Positions 10,798 to 25,561 of a stretch of 64,000 nt of DNA are shown one piece after another; the first letter of the stretch is position 1, and every line of letters starts with the position of its first letter. Source of the DNA: Candidatus Latescibacterota bacterium (GTDB lineage: Bacteria; Latescibacterota; UBA2968; UBA8231). A program made the translations under genes and the position numbers. The notes under the pieces are model-generated. The model was not told the origin of the DNA. It saw nothing but the letters and a program-made list of their open reading frames with translations, and searched no databases. The DNA lies in the NCBI GenBank assembly GCA_965242865.1, contig CBDETK010000013.1, positions 4,224,001 to 4,288,000 of the forward strand, written 5' to 3'.

Positions 10798-11721
10798 ATG
10801 GATCGCCTGTATCACGTCCTCGAAGCGCAGCAATTCGACCGAGAGTTGCTCAACGCTGTTTTCTCCACAGCCCAAGAGATGGAGCAAGTAGTTCAGCACT
10901 ACGGCTCCAATATTCTCAATCGCCGGGTCATGGCCACGCTGTTCTACGAGCCGAGTACGCGGACGCGGCTGTCCTTTGAATCGGCGATGACGCGGTTGGG
11001 CGGGGCCGTCATTACAACCGAGAGCGCCCAGGAATTCTCTTCCGCGGCCAAGGGGGAGACCCTTGAGGACACCATTCGCATCGTCGCCGGGTACTCGGAC
11101 GTGATCGTGTTGCGTCACTACGAAAGCGGCGCGAGCAACCGCGCTGCTGCTGTGGCTGGCATCCCGGTGATCAATGCTGGCGACGGAGCCGGGCAACACC
11201 CGACGCAAGCCCTATTGGACCTGTTTACCATCCAGCGCGAGCTCGGACGCCTCAAAAAAATTACCATTGCGCTGGTGGGCGATCTGGCCCATGGACGGAC
11301 GGTGCGTTCCCTGTGCTACCTGTTGGCCAAGTACGAGGGCGTCAAGATGTACTTTGCCGCGCCTGAGATCGTGCGAATGAAGGACGACATAAAGGAGTAT
11401 TTGCAGCGGCACCAGGTCCCTTTCGAGGAGGTGGACGACCTGCACGAGGTGGCGAGGCAGGCCGATGTGGTCTATCAGACGCGCATCCAAAAGGAGCGCT
11501 TTGGCGACCGCACCAGAGAATACGAGCAGGCGCGGGGCAAGTACATTGTCGATCGCTCGGTGATGGACTGCATGCCGGAGCACGCTGTTGTCATGCACCC
11601 ACTGCCGCGGGTTGACGAGATTGACCCGGAAGTGGATGCGGATCCGCGGGCGGCCTATTTTCGCCAAGCTCACAACGGGCTTTACGTGCGCATGGCCCTT
11701 TTGCGGATGATCCTCGCTTGA
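10798..11721 (+). CDS. pyrB: Aspartate carbamoyltransferase catalytic subunit
   Basis: FYEPSTRTRLSF, KGETLEDT, HPTQALLD, RIQKER and HPLPR motifs. Confidence 0.96.
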   Translation: MDRLYHVLEAQQFDRELLNAVFSTAQEMEQVVQHYGSNILNRRVMATLFYEPSTRTRLSFESAMTRLGGAVITTESAQEFSSAAKGETLEDTIRIVAGYSDVIVLRHYESGASNRAAAVAGIPVINAGDGAGQHPTQALLDLFTIQRELGRLKKITIALVGDLAHGRTVRSLCYLLAKYEGVKMYFAAPEIVRMKDDIKEYLQRHQVPFEEVDDLHEVARQADVVYQTRIQKERFGDRTREYEQARGKYIVDRSVMDCMPEHAVVMHPLPRVDEIDPEVDADPRAAYFRQAHNGLYVRMALLRMILA

Positions 11722-11783
11722 CCTTAGTGGTGCCGCCCGATATATTGCCGCCAACCGCTTCTTATTTTGAGGAGGATACCCAG

Positions 11784-11900
11784 ATGGGGTCGAGTAAAGG
11801 CAGAATGAGGGATAAGGAATTGAGGAGTCGGCGCCAGCGGCGCAAAAAGCGCTTGAAGCAACGCGCTCAGGAGGCTAAGCAGGCGCCGCGGAAGCGATAA
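11784..11900 (+). CDS. 38-aa highly basic small protein (resembles DUF6800-type peptides)
   Basis: Strong SD GAGGAGG 8 nt upstream of ATG 11784; MGSSKGRMRDKELRSRRQRRKKRLKQRAQEAKQAPRKR; followed by an intrinsic terminator. Confidence 0.7.
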   Translation: MGSSKGRMRDKELRSRRQRRKKRLKQRAQEAKQAPRKR

Positions 11901-11912
11901 ATAGCGAAAGAG

Positions 11913-11940
11913 AGCCGACAGAAGGACTGTCGGCTTTTTT
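11913..11940 (+). terminator. Rho-independent terminator
   Basis: AGCCGACAG-aagga-CTGTCGGCT perfect stem followed by a T-run. Confidence 0.85.
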
Positions 11941-11953
11941 GTCTGGAGGAACA

Positions 11954-12916
11954 ATGGAAAGGGGCCTGCGCGTCGCCATCGCCGGTGCCAGCGGCATCGG
12001 CAAGCATCACGCCAAGTGGTTCCACCGCGCCGGAGCGCAAGTCGTTGGCTTTTTGGGCCGCAGCCGGGAACGTGTGGCTGCCACAGAAGGCGTTCTACGC
12101 GATATTTTTCCCTTTTCGGGCCGAGGCTATTGGGACTTGGACCAGTTGCTGACCAAAGAAGCCCCGGATGTGGTTGATGTTTGTTTGCCAAACGAAGCCC
12201 ATTTCGACTGCGTCAAATGCGCGCTCGAGCGGGGTTGTCACGTCCTCTGTGAAAAGCCCTTAGTCTGGCATTCGGATGGGGCCGAGCAGACGCGGATGCA
12301 GGCTCGGGTCTTGGTCGATTTGGCGAGGCAAACCAATTTGCACTTGGGCGTTTGTACTCAATACGCTGCCGCGCTGCTCTACTACCGGCAGTTATACGAA
12401 AAGGCCCGGGGGCCGCTCGCTACCATAGAATCCTTTTACGCGGAAATGGAGACCTTGGCCCGGGGGCGTCGCCGCTGCGCCGCGGAGGTGTGGATCGACA
12501 TGGCCCCCCATCCTTTGAGCATGCTCTTGGCTTGGATGCCAGACGGGGTCATTGAGCCGGCGTCGCTAGAAGTGGCGTCCGGGAGGGGGGAAGTGCAGGC
12601 CTGTTTTAGTTTTGCCGCCTCGACCGGAAGTTGCCGTTGCGAAATCATCGTCCGCGACCTGCACGAGGGCCAGCCCCTGCGGCGATTCGGCGTCAATGGC
12701 TTTTTAGTTGATTGCACGGGGCGGTCGGCCCCCGACGGGACCTATTGCTCGGTACTCAGCACCGGCGAATCAGAGCTAGTCGGCGATGATTTTATGTCGC
12801 TGCTTATCGCCCGGTTTGCTGAGGCGGCAACACAGCCCACCCTAGGGCCGCTTGTATCCGGCGAAGTCGGGTTGCGCAATCTCGAACTGCAGCTACAAGT
12901 TCTGCAGAACGCCTAA
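11954..12916 (+). CDS. Gfo/Idh/MocA-family NAD(P)-dependent oxidoreductase
   Basis: SD GGAGG before ATG 11954; VAIAGASGIG Rossmann motif, HVLCEKP and WIDMAPH motifs. Confidence 0.85.
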   Translation: MERGLRVAIAGASGIGKHHAKWFHRAGAQVVGFLGRSRERVAATEGVLRDIFPFSGRGYWDLDQLLTKEAPDVVDVCLPNEAHFDCVKCALERGCHVLCEKPLVWHSDGAEQTRMQARVLVDLARQTNLHLGVCTQYAAALLYYRQLYEKARGPLATIESFYAEMETLARGRRRCAAEVWIDMAPHPLSMLLAWMPDGVIEPASLEVASGRGEVQACFSFAASTGSCRCEIIVRDLHEGQPLRRFGVNGFLVDCTGRSAPDGTYCSVLSTGESELVGDDFMSLLIARFAEAATQPTLGPLVSGEVGLRNLELQLQVLQNA

Positions 12917-12997
12917 GAGCAAGCGCGGGCTCAGACCGCAACGACGAGCTTAACTGCCGTCCCGGACCTACTGCCCGATAACTGCAGGAGACGCAGA

Positions 12998-14236
12998 ATG
13001 GGAATTCCAGAGCACAATGTAGAAGACCAATTCGCAGCGTTAGCTGACATGCTCTCAAGTCAAGGGATAGAAGTAGAAGCGGTCAAAGCCAAGCTCAAAG
13101 CCCAAGCGATAGAGACGCCCTCTTGGGGATATGGCAATTCTGGGACGCGCTTTGGCGTTTTCAAGCAGCCCGGTGCCGCCCGCGACGTTCACGAGCGGCT
13201 TTCCGACGCGGCCCAGGTGCATAAAATGACCGGTGTCTGTCCCGGCGTGGCTTTGCACATCCCTTGGGATAAAGTGGATGACTACGATGCCCTGCGACAA
13301 GAAGCGACGGAATTGGGTTTGTGCATTGGGGCAATCAATCCCAATGTCTTCCAAGAGCCTGAATACAAATTGGGCAGTTTCGGCCATCGGGACCCGGCTG
13401 TGCGTCGCAAAGCACTCGATCATGTACATGAGTGCATAGAGATCATGCAGCAGACCGGGTCCACGGTACTGAGCCTTTGGTTTGCCGACGGTACGAACTA
13501 CCCGGGCCAAGACGATATCATCGAACGCAAGCGGCGGTTTGAGGAATGCCTGAGTGAGACTCACGCCATGCTGCCCGAAGGGGCACGGATGCTCATTGAA
13601 TACAAGTTCTTTGAGCCGGCATTTTACCACACTGACATTGCCGACTGGGGTATGGCGCTAAATTTTGCCATTAAGGCTGGGACGAAGGCCGAAGTGCTGG
13701 TTGATCTAGGGCATCATCCCCTCTCGACCAATATTGAGCATCTCGTGGCCCTGCTCCTCGACGAGGGTCGAATGGGAGGGTTTCACTTCAACAATCGCAA
13801 ATACGCCGATGACGATGTGACGACCGGGTCGGTCAACCTCTATGAGGTCTTCCTGATTTACCACGAGATCCTCAACGCTGAGCGGCGCGGTGCCGCAACG
13901 GCTAATATTGCTTACATGATTGACCAAAGCCACCTTATCAAGCCCAAAGTTGAGGCGATGATCCAGTCAGTGCTCAATATCCAGACAGCCTATGCCCGTG
14001 CATTGCTGGTTGACCGCATGGCACTAGCTGAGGCACAGGCGGAGGACGACGCAGTGGGATGCGAAGAAATTTTGCGCAATGCCTATGACACTGATGTGCG
14101 ATCCTTGTTGGCGGTTGTGCGCCAAGAACTAGGGGCCGAAGCCGACCCCCTAGGTGCCTATCGTCGTAGCGGTTACTTTGAGCACATTGCCCTAGAAAGG
14201 CAAGGCGAATTGAAGGGAGCCGCTAGCTGGGGTTGA
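12998..14236 (+). CDS. rhaI: L-rhamnose isomerase (RhaI / xylose-isomerase-like TIM barrel)
   Basis: [54 protein letters not shown] and MIDQSH motifs. Confidence 0.9.
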   Translation: MGIPEHNVEDQFAALADMLSSQGIEVEAVKAKLKAQAIETPSWGYGNSGTRFGVFKQPGAARDVHERLSDAAQVHKMTGVCPGVALHIPWDKVDDYDALRQEATELGLCIGAINPNVFQEPEYKLGSFGHRDPAVRRKALDHVHECIEIMQQTGSTVLSLWFADGTNYPGQDDIIERKRRFEECLSETHAMLPEGARMLIEYKFFEPAFYHTDIADWGMALNFAIKAGTKAEVLVDLGHHPLSTNIEHLVALLLDEGRMGGFHFNNRKYADDDVTTGSVNLYEVFLIYHEILNAERRGAATANIAYMIDQSHLIKPKVEAMIQSVLNIQTAYARALLVDRMALAEAQAEDDAVGCEEILRNAYDTDVRSLLAVVRQELGAEADPLGAYRRSGYFEHIALERQGELKGAASWG

Positions 14237-14300
14237 TTTGATATGGGAGGGTTGTATTGTATCGATACTGTCTTTAGTGCCGATATTTTGTTTTCTTCTC

Positions 14301-14329
14301 TTGACAGAGAGGGAATTGGAGAATAATTT
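14301..14329 (+). promoter_or_regulatory. rrn promoter (sigma70-like)
   Basis: T-rich UP-like tract, TTGACA, 17 bp, TAATTT, about 130 bp upstream of the 16S gene. Confidence 0.65.
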
Positions 14330-14366
14330 TAATAGTTACGAGTTACGCTCGATACCTGAGCGATAT

Positions 14367-14379
14367 TGATCTTTGAAAA
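14367..14379 (+). promoter_or_regulatory. boxA antitermination site in the rrn leader
   Basis: TGATCTTTGAAAA resembles boxA; it is immediately followed by the 5' arm of the 16S processing stem. Confidence 0.7.
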
Positions 14380-14453
14380 TCGAATAACGTACATGAGGGT
14401 CCAGCGTTGAAGAGCTTGGATTTTCAGAATCAAAAAGTAGTAATCAAATTTTT

Positions 14454-16017
<1,564 letters not shown>

Positions 16018-16107
16018 GATTATTGGGAGTTTAGGCTCCTGACATTATCCGCCTAGGTCAATAGTTTTTACTTTTCGACCTCCCCTCATGTGCGTTATTC
16101 GATTTTC

Positions 16108-16184
<77 letters not shown>

Positions 16185-16195
16185 TTCAGGCTTTT

Positions 16196-16208
16196 TGCTC
16201 TTTGACAA
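16196..16208 (+). promoter_or_regulatory. boxA in the 16S-23S spacer
   Basis: TGCTCTTTGACAA, immediately before the 5' arm of the 23S processing stem. Confidence 0.8.
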
Positions 16209-16325
16209 TCGAATACAGGTTCACATCAGTTAATTATCAAGGTTTACCGAGTGGAAGTGCTTTATGTGCTTACTGCTCGATACACCGTGATGCACACCTC
16301 TAGTAGTGTTGTGACAGTGATTTTT

Positions 16326-19349
<3,024 letters not shown>

Positions 19350-19428
19350 ATTATTGTCGCAGCAGTACTGGAGTTTTGCATCGCTTTTGGTGTGGGCCTG
19401 TATTCGGTTGTTGAAGAGAATTTGAGTT

Positions 19429-19545
19429 TTCCGGTGGTCATAGCGGAGGGGAAACACCTCTTCCCATTCCGAACAGAGCCGTTAAGCCCTCTTGCGCCGA
19501 TGGTACTGCTGGGGTCGCCTAGTGGGAGAGTAGGACGCCGCCGGA
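19429..19545 (+). rRNA. rrf: 5S ribosomal RNA
   Basis: TCCGGTGG...CCGCCGGA terminal stem, CCCATTCCGAAC, GCCGATGGTACT and GGGAGAGTAGG. Confidence 0.97.
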
Positions 19546-19560
19546 TTTTTTGTTGTGTTG

Positions 19561-19590
19561 AAGCCCATCCCTTCAGGGGTGGGCTTTTTT
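19561..19590 (+). terminator. rrn operon terminator
   Basis: AAGCCCATCCC-ttca-GGGGTGGGCTT followed by a T-run. Confidence 0.88.
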
Positions 19591-19669
19591 GTGTCTTTAT
19601 GGAAATACCTTGACAACGCTAAGGCGGCCCAATTAATTAAGCACTTCTCTTAATTCAGGAGGGGTCAAA

Positions 19670-21739
19670 TTGAGCGAACAAACGAGGAATTTTTCACTGT
19701 GTGGGCATAGCGGCGCGGGTAAAACAGCGCTGTCGGAGGCAATGTTATTCAACATGGGCGTCGTAAACCGCTTGGGACGCATTGACGAGGGGACGACGAC
19801 ATCAGATTGCGATTCGGCCGAGATTGAGCGTCAGATTTCGCTAAAGGTCTCTTTGTTAAATGGCCACTGGCGGGATCACCACCTCAACATAATTGATACG
19901 CCGGGCTATGCAGATTTTATCTCCGAGGCCAAGGCGGCACTGCGCGTGTCCGACGCGGCAGTCGCTGTCGTTGATTCGGTTACCGGAGTAGAGATTGGCA
20001 CCGAGCGGACTTGGAATTTCGCGGCCGATTACGATTTGCCCCGGGTACTATTCATCAACAAGATGGACCGCGCCGATGCGGACGCCGACCAAGCCCTAGA
20101 AATGGTTCAAGAGCGTTTCGGACGCCAAGTCGTGCCTTTGCAAATGGCGGTAAACCCCACTGAGGGATTCAACCATATCGTCGATCTGATTACCATGAGA
20201 GGCTATGCGTACCAAGATGGCAAAGCCACTGAGGGAGACATACCTGCCGAGGTCCAGAGTCGCGCCGAAGAGTTGCGCGAGCAACTGGTAGAATCCATCG
20301 CCGAGACCGACGAAACATTGATGGAGAAGTATTTTAGCGAAGGCGAATTGACCACAGAAGATATGGTAGCGGGCCTGCGCCAAGCCGTGTTACGGCTCGA
20401 AATTTTTCCGGTCTTTTTCGGCGATGCGTACAACAATGTCGGCATTGACCGGCTGCTAGACGCCTTGGTGCAATACGGGCCGTCGCCGGCCGAAGCAGCA
20501 GGACTCAGGTTCCAAAATGGCGAGGAACAAGAGGTTGAGCTCGCAGGGGCCGCTGCCGCGCCCTTGGCTGCTCTGGTGTTCAAGACCTTGGCTGAACAGC
20601 ACGTAGGTGAGCTTTCTCTGCTGCGCCTCTTCTCTGGAGCGATCAAGCCCGGAGACGAAGTAGCCAACTCAAGCAATCGAACCACCGAGCGCATTGGTCA
20701 AATCTATCACCTCAACGGCAACAGGCGGACCGAAGTCGAAAGTGCCGAGGCTGGCGATATCGTCGCCCTAGTCAAACTCAAGGACACCCATACGACCGAT
20801 ACGCTTTGCGCCAAGGGCGAGTCGCTACAACTGCCGGGCATTGAATTCCCCGAGCCGCTAATTCGCGTGGCTATTCACGCCAAGGAGCAGGGCGGTGAGG
20901 ACCGCGTTGCAACCGGGCTTTCTCAGTTGCACGAGGAAGACCCGAGCTTCATCCTGAAATACGATGGCGAGGTCCGCCAAACGATCCTCCTTACCCAAGG
21001 CGAGTTGCATCTGGAAACGATCATTAGTCGCCTGAAAAAGCGCTTTAACGTGGAGATTGACATGGCGGTGCCGCGGATTCCTTATCGAGAAACGATCCGC
21101 GGCAACGCTGATGCGCAATACCGGCACAAGAAGCAGTCGGGCGGACGGGGGCAGTTTGGCGAAGTGTTTCTTCGCATTGCTCCCAAGAGGCGCGGTGAAG
21201 GTTTTGAGTTTCTCAACGAGGTCGTCGGCGGCAATATCCCGAGTAACTTCATCCCTGCGGTAGAAAAGGGCGTCGTCGAGACGCTGGGCCAAGGGCCAGT
21301 GGCCGGCTACCAAGTTATTGATGTGGCTGTTACCGTATACGACGGTAAGCACCACCCGGTAGATTCGGACGAAGTTTCTTTTAAGCTGGCCGGTTCCCAC
21401 GCCTTCAAGGACGCCTTCCTCAAAGCCAAACCGATCCTGCTAGAACCGATTTATCAGCTAGAGATTACAGTGCCCGAGGAATTTATGGGAGACGTAATGG
21501 GCGATCTCTCGTCGCGGCGGGGGCGGATTAGCGGTATGGACGTAGCTGGCCATTTCCAAGTCATCCACGCCGAAGCTCCTTTGGCCGAGATAGACCGTTA
21601 CGCCACGTTGCTGCGCTCAATGACGCAGGGCAAGGGGTTCCACGCGCAGCGATTCGACCGCTACGAGGACGTACCTGGGGACATCATGGCTAAAATCGTC
21701 GAGAATTCGCAGAAAGACAAAGGCAAAGAAGCAGCGTAA
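19670..21739 (+). CDS. Elongation factor G paralogue (EF-G2/FusA2 type)
   Basis: GHSGAGKT, DTPG and NKMD motifs and domain IV KKQSGGRGQFG; effector motif is RQISL rather than canonical RGITI; TTG start with SD AGGAGG; not in an rpsL-rpsG-tuf context. Confidence 0.9.
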   Translation: MSEQTRNFSLCGHSGAGKTALSEAMLFNMGVVNRLGRIDEGTTTSDCDSAEIERQISLKVSLLNGHWRDHHLNIIDTPGYADFISEAKAALRVSDAAVAVVDSVTGVEIGTERTWNFAADYDLPRVLFINKMDRADADADQALEMVQERFGRQVVPLQMAVNPTEGFNHIVDLITMRGYAYQDGKATEGDIPAEVQSRAEELREQLVESIAETDETLMEKYFSEGELTTEDMVAGLRQAVLRLEIFPVFFGDAYNNVGIDRLLDALVQYGPSPAEAAGLRFQNGEEQEVELAGAAAAPLAALVFKTLAEQHVGELSLLRLFSGAIKPGDEVANSSNRTTERIGQIYHLNGNRRTEVESAEAGDIVALVKLKDTHTTDTLCAKGESLQLPGIEFPEPLIRVAIHAKEQGGEDRVATGLSQLHEEDPSFILKYDGEVRQTILLTQGELHLETIISRLKKRFNVEIDMAVPRIPYRETIRGNADAQYRHKKQSGGRGQFGEVFLRIAPKRRGEGFEFLNEVVGGNIPSNFIPAVEKGVVETLGQGPVAGYQVIDVAVTVYDGKHHPVDSDEVSFKLAGSHAFKDAFLKAKPILLEPIYQLEITVPEEFMGDVMGDLSSRRGRISGMDVAGHFQVIHAEAPLAEIDRYATLLRSMTQGKGFHAQRFDRYEDVPGDIMAKIVENSQKDKGKEAA

Positions 21740-21762
21740 GCGACTTGCTGTTACTCGTTGTG

Positions 21763-21802
21763 AAGGGCGGTCGGCCAAGCGGTCGGCGGCCCTTTGTTTT
21801 TT
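21763..21802 (+). terminator. Probable Rho-independent terminator
   Basis: AAGGGCGGTCGGCC-aagc-GGTCGGCGGCCCTTT imperfect stem followed by T-tracts. Confidence 0.6.
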
Positions 21803-21921
21803 GGGTTGCGTGGGTTTTTTTATCTTAATATCGTCATTAGAAACCAGCCCGTTTGCCCCGAGCCATGCTTCTGCTTTGAGCAGTGGGGGCGAGTGCGGCG
21901 ATTGACGAGGAGACAAAGCCG

Positions 21922-22680
21922 ATGTCCGGCCACTCCAAATGGAGTACAATCAAGCGCAAAAAAGGTGCTAACGACGCCAAGCGCGGCAAGGTCTTTACAA
22001 AGCTGATCCGCGAGCTTTCAGTGGCTGCCCGCAGCGGCGGCGATGAGGCGACCAACCCCAGTCTGCGCACGGCAGTCCAGAATGCCAAAGCGGCCAATAT
22101 GCCCGCGGCAACAATTGAGCGCGCCATACGCCGCGGCACGGGCGACGAGCCGGGGGTGATATACGAGGAGGGCCTCTTTGAAGGCTATGGCCCCGGTGGG
22201 GTGGCCATCATGGTCGAAACCCTGTCGGACAACCGCAACCGCACGGTTTCCGAAATCCGCCACGTATTCACCAAATACAACGGCAACCTCGCCGAGAGTG
22301 GAGCGGTCGCTTGGATGTTTGAACACAAGGGCCTTATCGAAGTAGATAAGGCCGCTGTTTCCGAAGACGACCTCCTATTGGCAGTCGTAGATGCGGGGGG
22401 CGAGGACATGCAGGACGGCGGCCAAGTCCACGAAGTAATGACCCCGGTTGCCGGCTTGGAGCCGGTTAAAAAGGCACTGGAGGACAGCGGCATTGCCTTG
22501 GCCCAAGCGACATTGGCTTGGCTGCCCAAAAGCGAAAATGTGCTCGAAGTACGAGGCGAAGAGGCCGAGAAAATCATTCGCCTCATTGAGGCGTTGGAAG
22601 ATATAGATGACGTACAGAAGGTTTTTTCCAATTTCGATCTCCAAGAAGACGAGCTCGAAAAACTTATAGCTCAGGCCTAG
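21922..22680 (+). CDS. yebC: YebC/PmpR family protein
   Basis: MSGHSKW N-terminus, EGYGPGG, DNRNRT and DDVQKVFSN; sits upstream of ruvC. Confidence 0.96.
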   Translation: MSGHSKWSTIKRKKGANDAKRGKVFTKLIRELSVAARSGGDEATNPSLRTAVQNAKAANMPAATIERAIRRGTGDEPGVIYEEGLFEGYGPGGVAIMVETLSDNRNRTVSEIRHVFTKYNGNLAESGAVAWMFEHKGLIEVDKAAVSEDDLLLAVVDAGGEDMQDGGQVHEVMTPVAGLEPVKKALEDSGIALAQATLAWLPKSENVLEVRGEEAEKIIRLIEALEDIDDVQKVFSNFDLQEDELEKLIAQA

Positions 22681-22692
22681 GGAGGCTTCGCT

Positions 22693-23232
22693 TTGCTCGT
22701 CCTTGGCGTAGATCCTAGCAGCACGAGCACTGGCTACGGCTTGGTCGAATACAGCAAGCGCAAGGCCCGCTATGTTGCCTGTGGCTGTATCCGCCCTCGG
22801 GACAGTGAGTTTGAGGATCGGCTGGTTTACATGTTTGACGAGATGACGCGGCTCATCCGCGAATACGCCCCAGACGAGGGCGCGCTCGAAACCACCTTCT
22901 TCGGCAAAGACGCCAAAGCGGTGGCCAAGCTGGGCCAAGCGAGAGGGGCCTTGATCATCGCCATGCGCAAAGCCGGCTTGTCCATTGCCGACTACGCGCC
23001 GACGATGGTTAAAAGATCGGTGACCGGGAATGGCCAAGCCACCAAGCAACAGGTCCAGTTCATGGTAGCCCGCACCTTGGGTCTGAAAGAACGGCCCAAG
23101 CCCTTTGATGCGTCAGACGCCTTGGCCATCGCGCTATGCCACACTCAGCAGTCCGGCCGGGTTTTATGCGAGGGCCGAGGGCAGCGCAAGCCCGAGGTAG
23201 AAGCCTTGCTCAGCCGCATGGTCCGGCGTTAG
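22693..23232 (+). CDS. ruvC: Holliday junction resolvase
   Basis: VLGVDP, LGQARG, VTGNGQATKQQV and DASDALAIALCH motifs. Confidence 0.95.
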   Translation: MLVLGVDPSSTSTGYGLVEYSKRKARYVACGCIRPRDSEFEDRLVYMFDEMTRLIREYAPDEGALETTFFGKDAKAVAKLGQARGALIIAMRKAGLSIADYAPTMVKRSVTGNGQATKQQVQFMVARTLGLKERPKPFDASDALAIALCHTQQSGRVLCEGRGQRKPEVEALLSRMVRR

Positions 23233-23239
23233 GTAAATC

Positions 23240-23830
23240 GTGATAACCCATCTGCGCGGAACACTCCAGTCTAAATCACCGACCCATGCCGTCGTCGACG
23301 TTGGGGGCGTGGGGTATGGCTTGGCCATATCCCTGATAACTTTTGACCAACTCCCCCAAGCCTCTGAGGCGGTCCATTTATCTACCTATCTCCACGTGCG
23401 CGAAGACCGCATGGAGCTTTTTGGCTTTGCCGATGAGGAAGAGCGGGCGGTCTTCGAGTTGCTGATCGGGGTTTCGGGCATCGGCCCTCACTCGGCGTTG
23501 ACCGTGCTGTCGGGCATGACCCTGCGCGATTTGCAGGAGGCCATCTTACAGGAGCGCGTAGCCGAATTGACGGCGATCAAGGGCATTGGTCGCAAGACTG
23601 CGGAACGCTTGGTGCTCGACCTAAAGGACAAGATCCGCGTGAGTGTCCCGGCGGCTGGCGAAGCGCCCTTGGAGGCCAAACCCGACGCGAGCGAGGAGAC
23701 GGCAAAGGCACTGATGTCGTTGGGATACGCCGCGCCTGCTGCTCGCCAAGCGGTGCGCAAGGCCGTCGAAAAGCACGGCACGGACCTCAGTGTGGCACAG
23801 CTAATCAGACTGGCTCTCAGGGAGCGCTGA
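23240..23830 (+). CDS. ruvA: Holliday junction branch-migration protein
   Basis: VGGVGY, HVRED, VSGIGP, KGIGRKTAERL and ALMSLGY motifs. Confidence 0.96.
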   Translation: MITHLRGTLQSKSPTHAVVDVGGVGYGLAISLITFDQLPQASEAVHLSTYLHVREDRMELFGFADEEERAVFELLIGVSGIGPHSALTVLSGMTLRDLQEAILQERVAELTAIKGIGRKTAERLVLDLKDKIRVSVPAAGEAPLEAKPDASEETAKALMSLGYAAPAARQAVRKAVEKHGTDLSVAQLIRLALRER

Positions 23831-23840
23831 AAGCTCGGCT

Positions 23841-24866
23841 ATGGACCATCGCCCCATCGATCCTCGCAGCGGAGACGACGACCTTCAGTTCGACAATACG
23901 CTGCGTCCCCAGTCTCTTGCCGAGATGCTGGGTCAAGACAAGACCAAGCAGCAGCTAGGCATTGCCATTAAAGCCGCTCGGCAGCGCGGCGAAGCCATGG
24001 ATCACGTGCTGCTATACGGTCCGCCGGGTCTGGGCAAGACCACGCTTGCTTATGTGGTCGCCAAAGAGCTCGGCGTTGAAATCTATCCCACTTCAGGGCC
24101 GTTGCTCGAGCGTCCGAGCGACTTGGCTGGCATGCTCACCACCATGGAGCCCCGCGACGTGCTCTTTATCGACGAGGTTCACCGCGTCAACCGCGTGGTT
24201 GAGGAATACCTGTACTCGGCGATGGAGGACTTCAAAATTGACATCATCATCGACCAAGGCCCGGCGGCCCGCTCGGTCAGCGTACCGCTGGAGCCTTTCA
24301 CCCTAATCGGGGCCACGACGCGCCAGGGCTTATTGACCTCGCCGATGCGGGCGCGCTTTGGGCTCACCGCCCACCTCGACTACTACTCGGTCGCCGAGCT
24401 CGCCGCGATTGTCAAGCGCGACGCTCGGTTGCTGAGTTTATCGGTCTCCGAGTCGGGCGCGATGGAAATTGCCCGTCGCTCTCGCGGCACAGCGCGGATT
24501 GCCAAGCGCTTGCTGCGCCGAGCGCGCGATTTTGCCCAAGTGAAAGGCGAAGGCGCGATCGACGCCGAAGTGGTGCAAAAGGCACTCGTCATCGAAGATG
24601 TCGATGAGATGGGGCTCGACAAAATGGATATTGCGTTGCTGCGGGCCATTATTGAAAAATTCAACGGCGGCCCGGTCGGCCTGAGCAATTTAGCGGCCAC
24701 AATCGGCGAGGAGGCCGAGACCATCGAGGAAGTGGCCGAGCCTTATTTGATCAAGGAAGGGTTTGTTAAGCGCACCCCCAAGGGCCGCATGGCCATGCCG
24801 CGAGCTTGGGAACGCCTCGGCCTCAAGCCACCGCCCAGCTCCGGCGAGCAGTTGGGGCTGCTATGA
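23841..24866 (+). CDS. ruvB: Holliday junction branch-migration DNA helicase
   Basis: GPPGLGKTT, FIDEVHR, LYSAMEDF, GATTR, GGPVG and RTPKGR motifs. Confidence 0.97.
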   Translation: MDHRPIDPRSGDDDLQFDNTLRPQSLAEMLGQDKTKQQLGIAIKAARQRGEAMDHVLLYGPPGLGKTTLAYVVAKELGVEIYPTSGPLLERPSDLAGMLTTMEPRDVLFIDEVHRVNRVVEEYLYSAMEDFKIDIIIDQGPAARSVSVPLEPFTLIGATTRQGLLTSPMRARFGLTAHLDYYSVAELAAIVKRDARLLSLSVSESGAMEIARRSRGTARIAKRLLRRARDFAQVKGEGAIDAEVVQKALVIEDVDEMGLDKMDIALLRAIIEKFNGGPVGLSNLAATIGEEAETIEEVAEPYLIKEGFVKRTPKGRMAMPRAWERLGLKPPPSSGEQLGLL

Positions 24867-25561
24867 GCGCGTCCGGCCGCGACGCGATTCTGGCGTTGGA
24901 CACGGCCACCGAGGTCGGTAGCGTGGCACTCTGCACGGTAGGCGGGATCGTCGTCAGCCGCTATTTCAATGTGGGATTGCAACATTCACAGTGGCTGTTC
25001 GGGGAGGTGGAAGCCGCACTAGAGGCCGCAGACATGGCGGTCGGGGCCGTGCGGGCCATAGCGGTCGCGATTGGGCCGGGGTCGTTTACCGGGCTGCGGA
25101 TCGGGCTGAGCGCAGCGAAGGGCTTGTGTTTAGCCGTGGCCAAGGACCTAGTGGTCGTTTCAACGCTCGAAGCACTCGCTGCTCGCCTGCCCTTTGCTCG
25201 CCTGCCCGTCTGTGCGGTCCTCGACGCACGCCGGCGCGAGGTCTATGCCGCTCTCTACGACACGACGACCGGCGTTCCAGTCGAATTAGCACCGCCCCGG
25301 GCCATCGCGCCCGCGCAGTTGGCCCAAGAGCGCGCCGGCGCAGCGACGATTTACACCGGTGCCGGCGCCACGGCCTATCGCGAGCTATTGGCGGACCACT
25401 CGGCCGCGCAATTCGCGCCCCTACCCTGCGCCCGCCCCCACGCCGAGACGATTGCTTGGCTGGCGTGGTCCAAGCTGGCGAAGGGCCAGACTGCGGACTT
25501 GGATTCAGTCGAACCCGCGTACTTGCGCTCGCCCGACGCTCGTCCTCTAGCGCGGGCATGA
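24863..25561 (+). CDS. tsaB: t6A biosynthesis protein TsaB
   Basis: ATGA overlap with ruvB; ILALDTAT, GPGSFTGLRIG, DARRREVY and EPAYLR motifs. Confidence 0.94.
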   Translation: MSASGRDAILALDTATEVGSVALCTVGGIVVSRYFNVGLQHSQWLFGEVEAALEAADMAVGAVRAIAVAIGPGSFTGLRIGLSAAKGLCLAVAKDLVVVSTLEALAARLPFARLPVCAVLDARRREVYAALYDTTTGVPVELAPPRAIAPAQLAQERAGAATIYTGAGATAYRELLADHSAAQFAPLPCARPHAETIAWLAWSKLAKGQTADLDSVEPAYLRSPDARPLARA

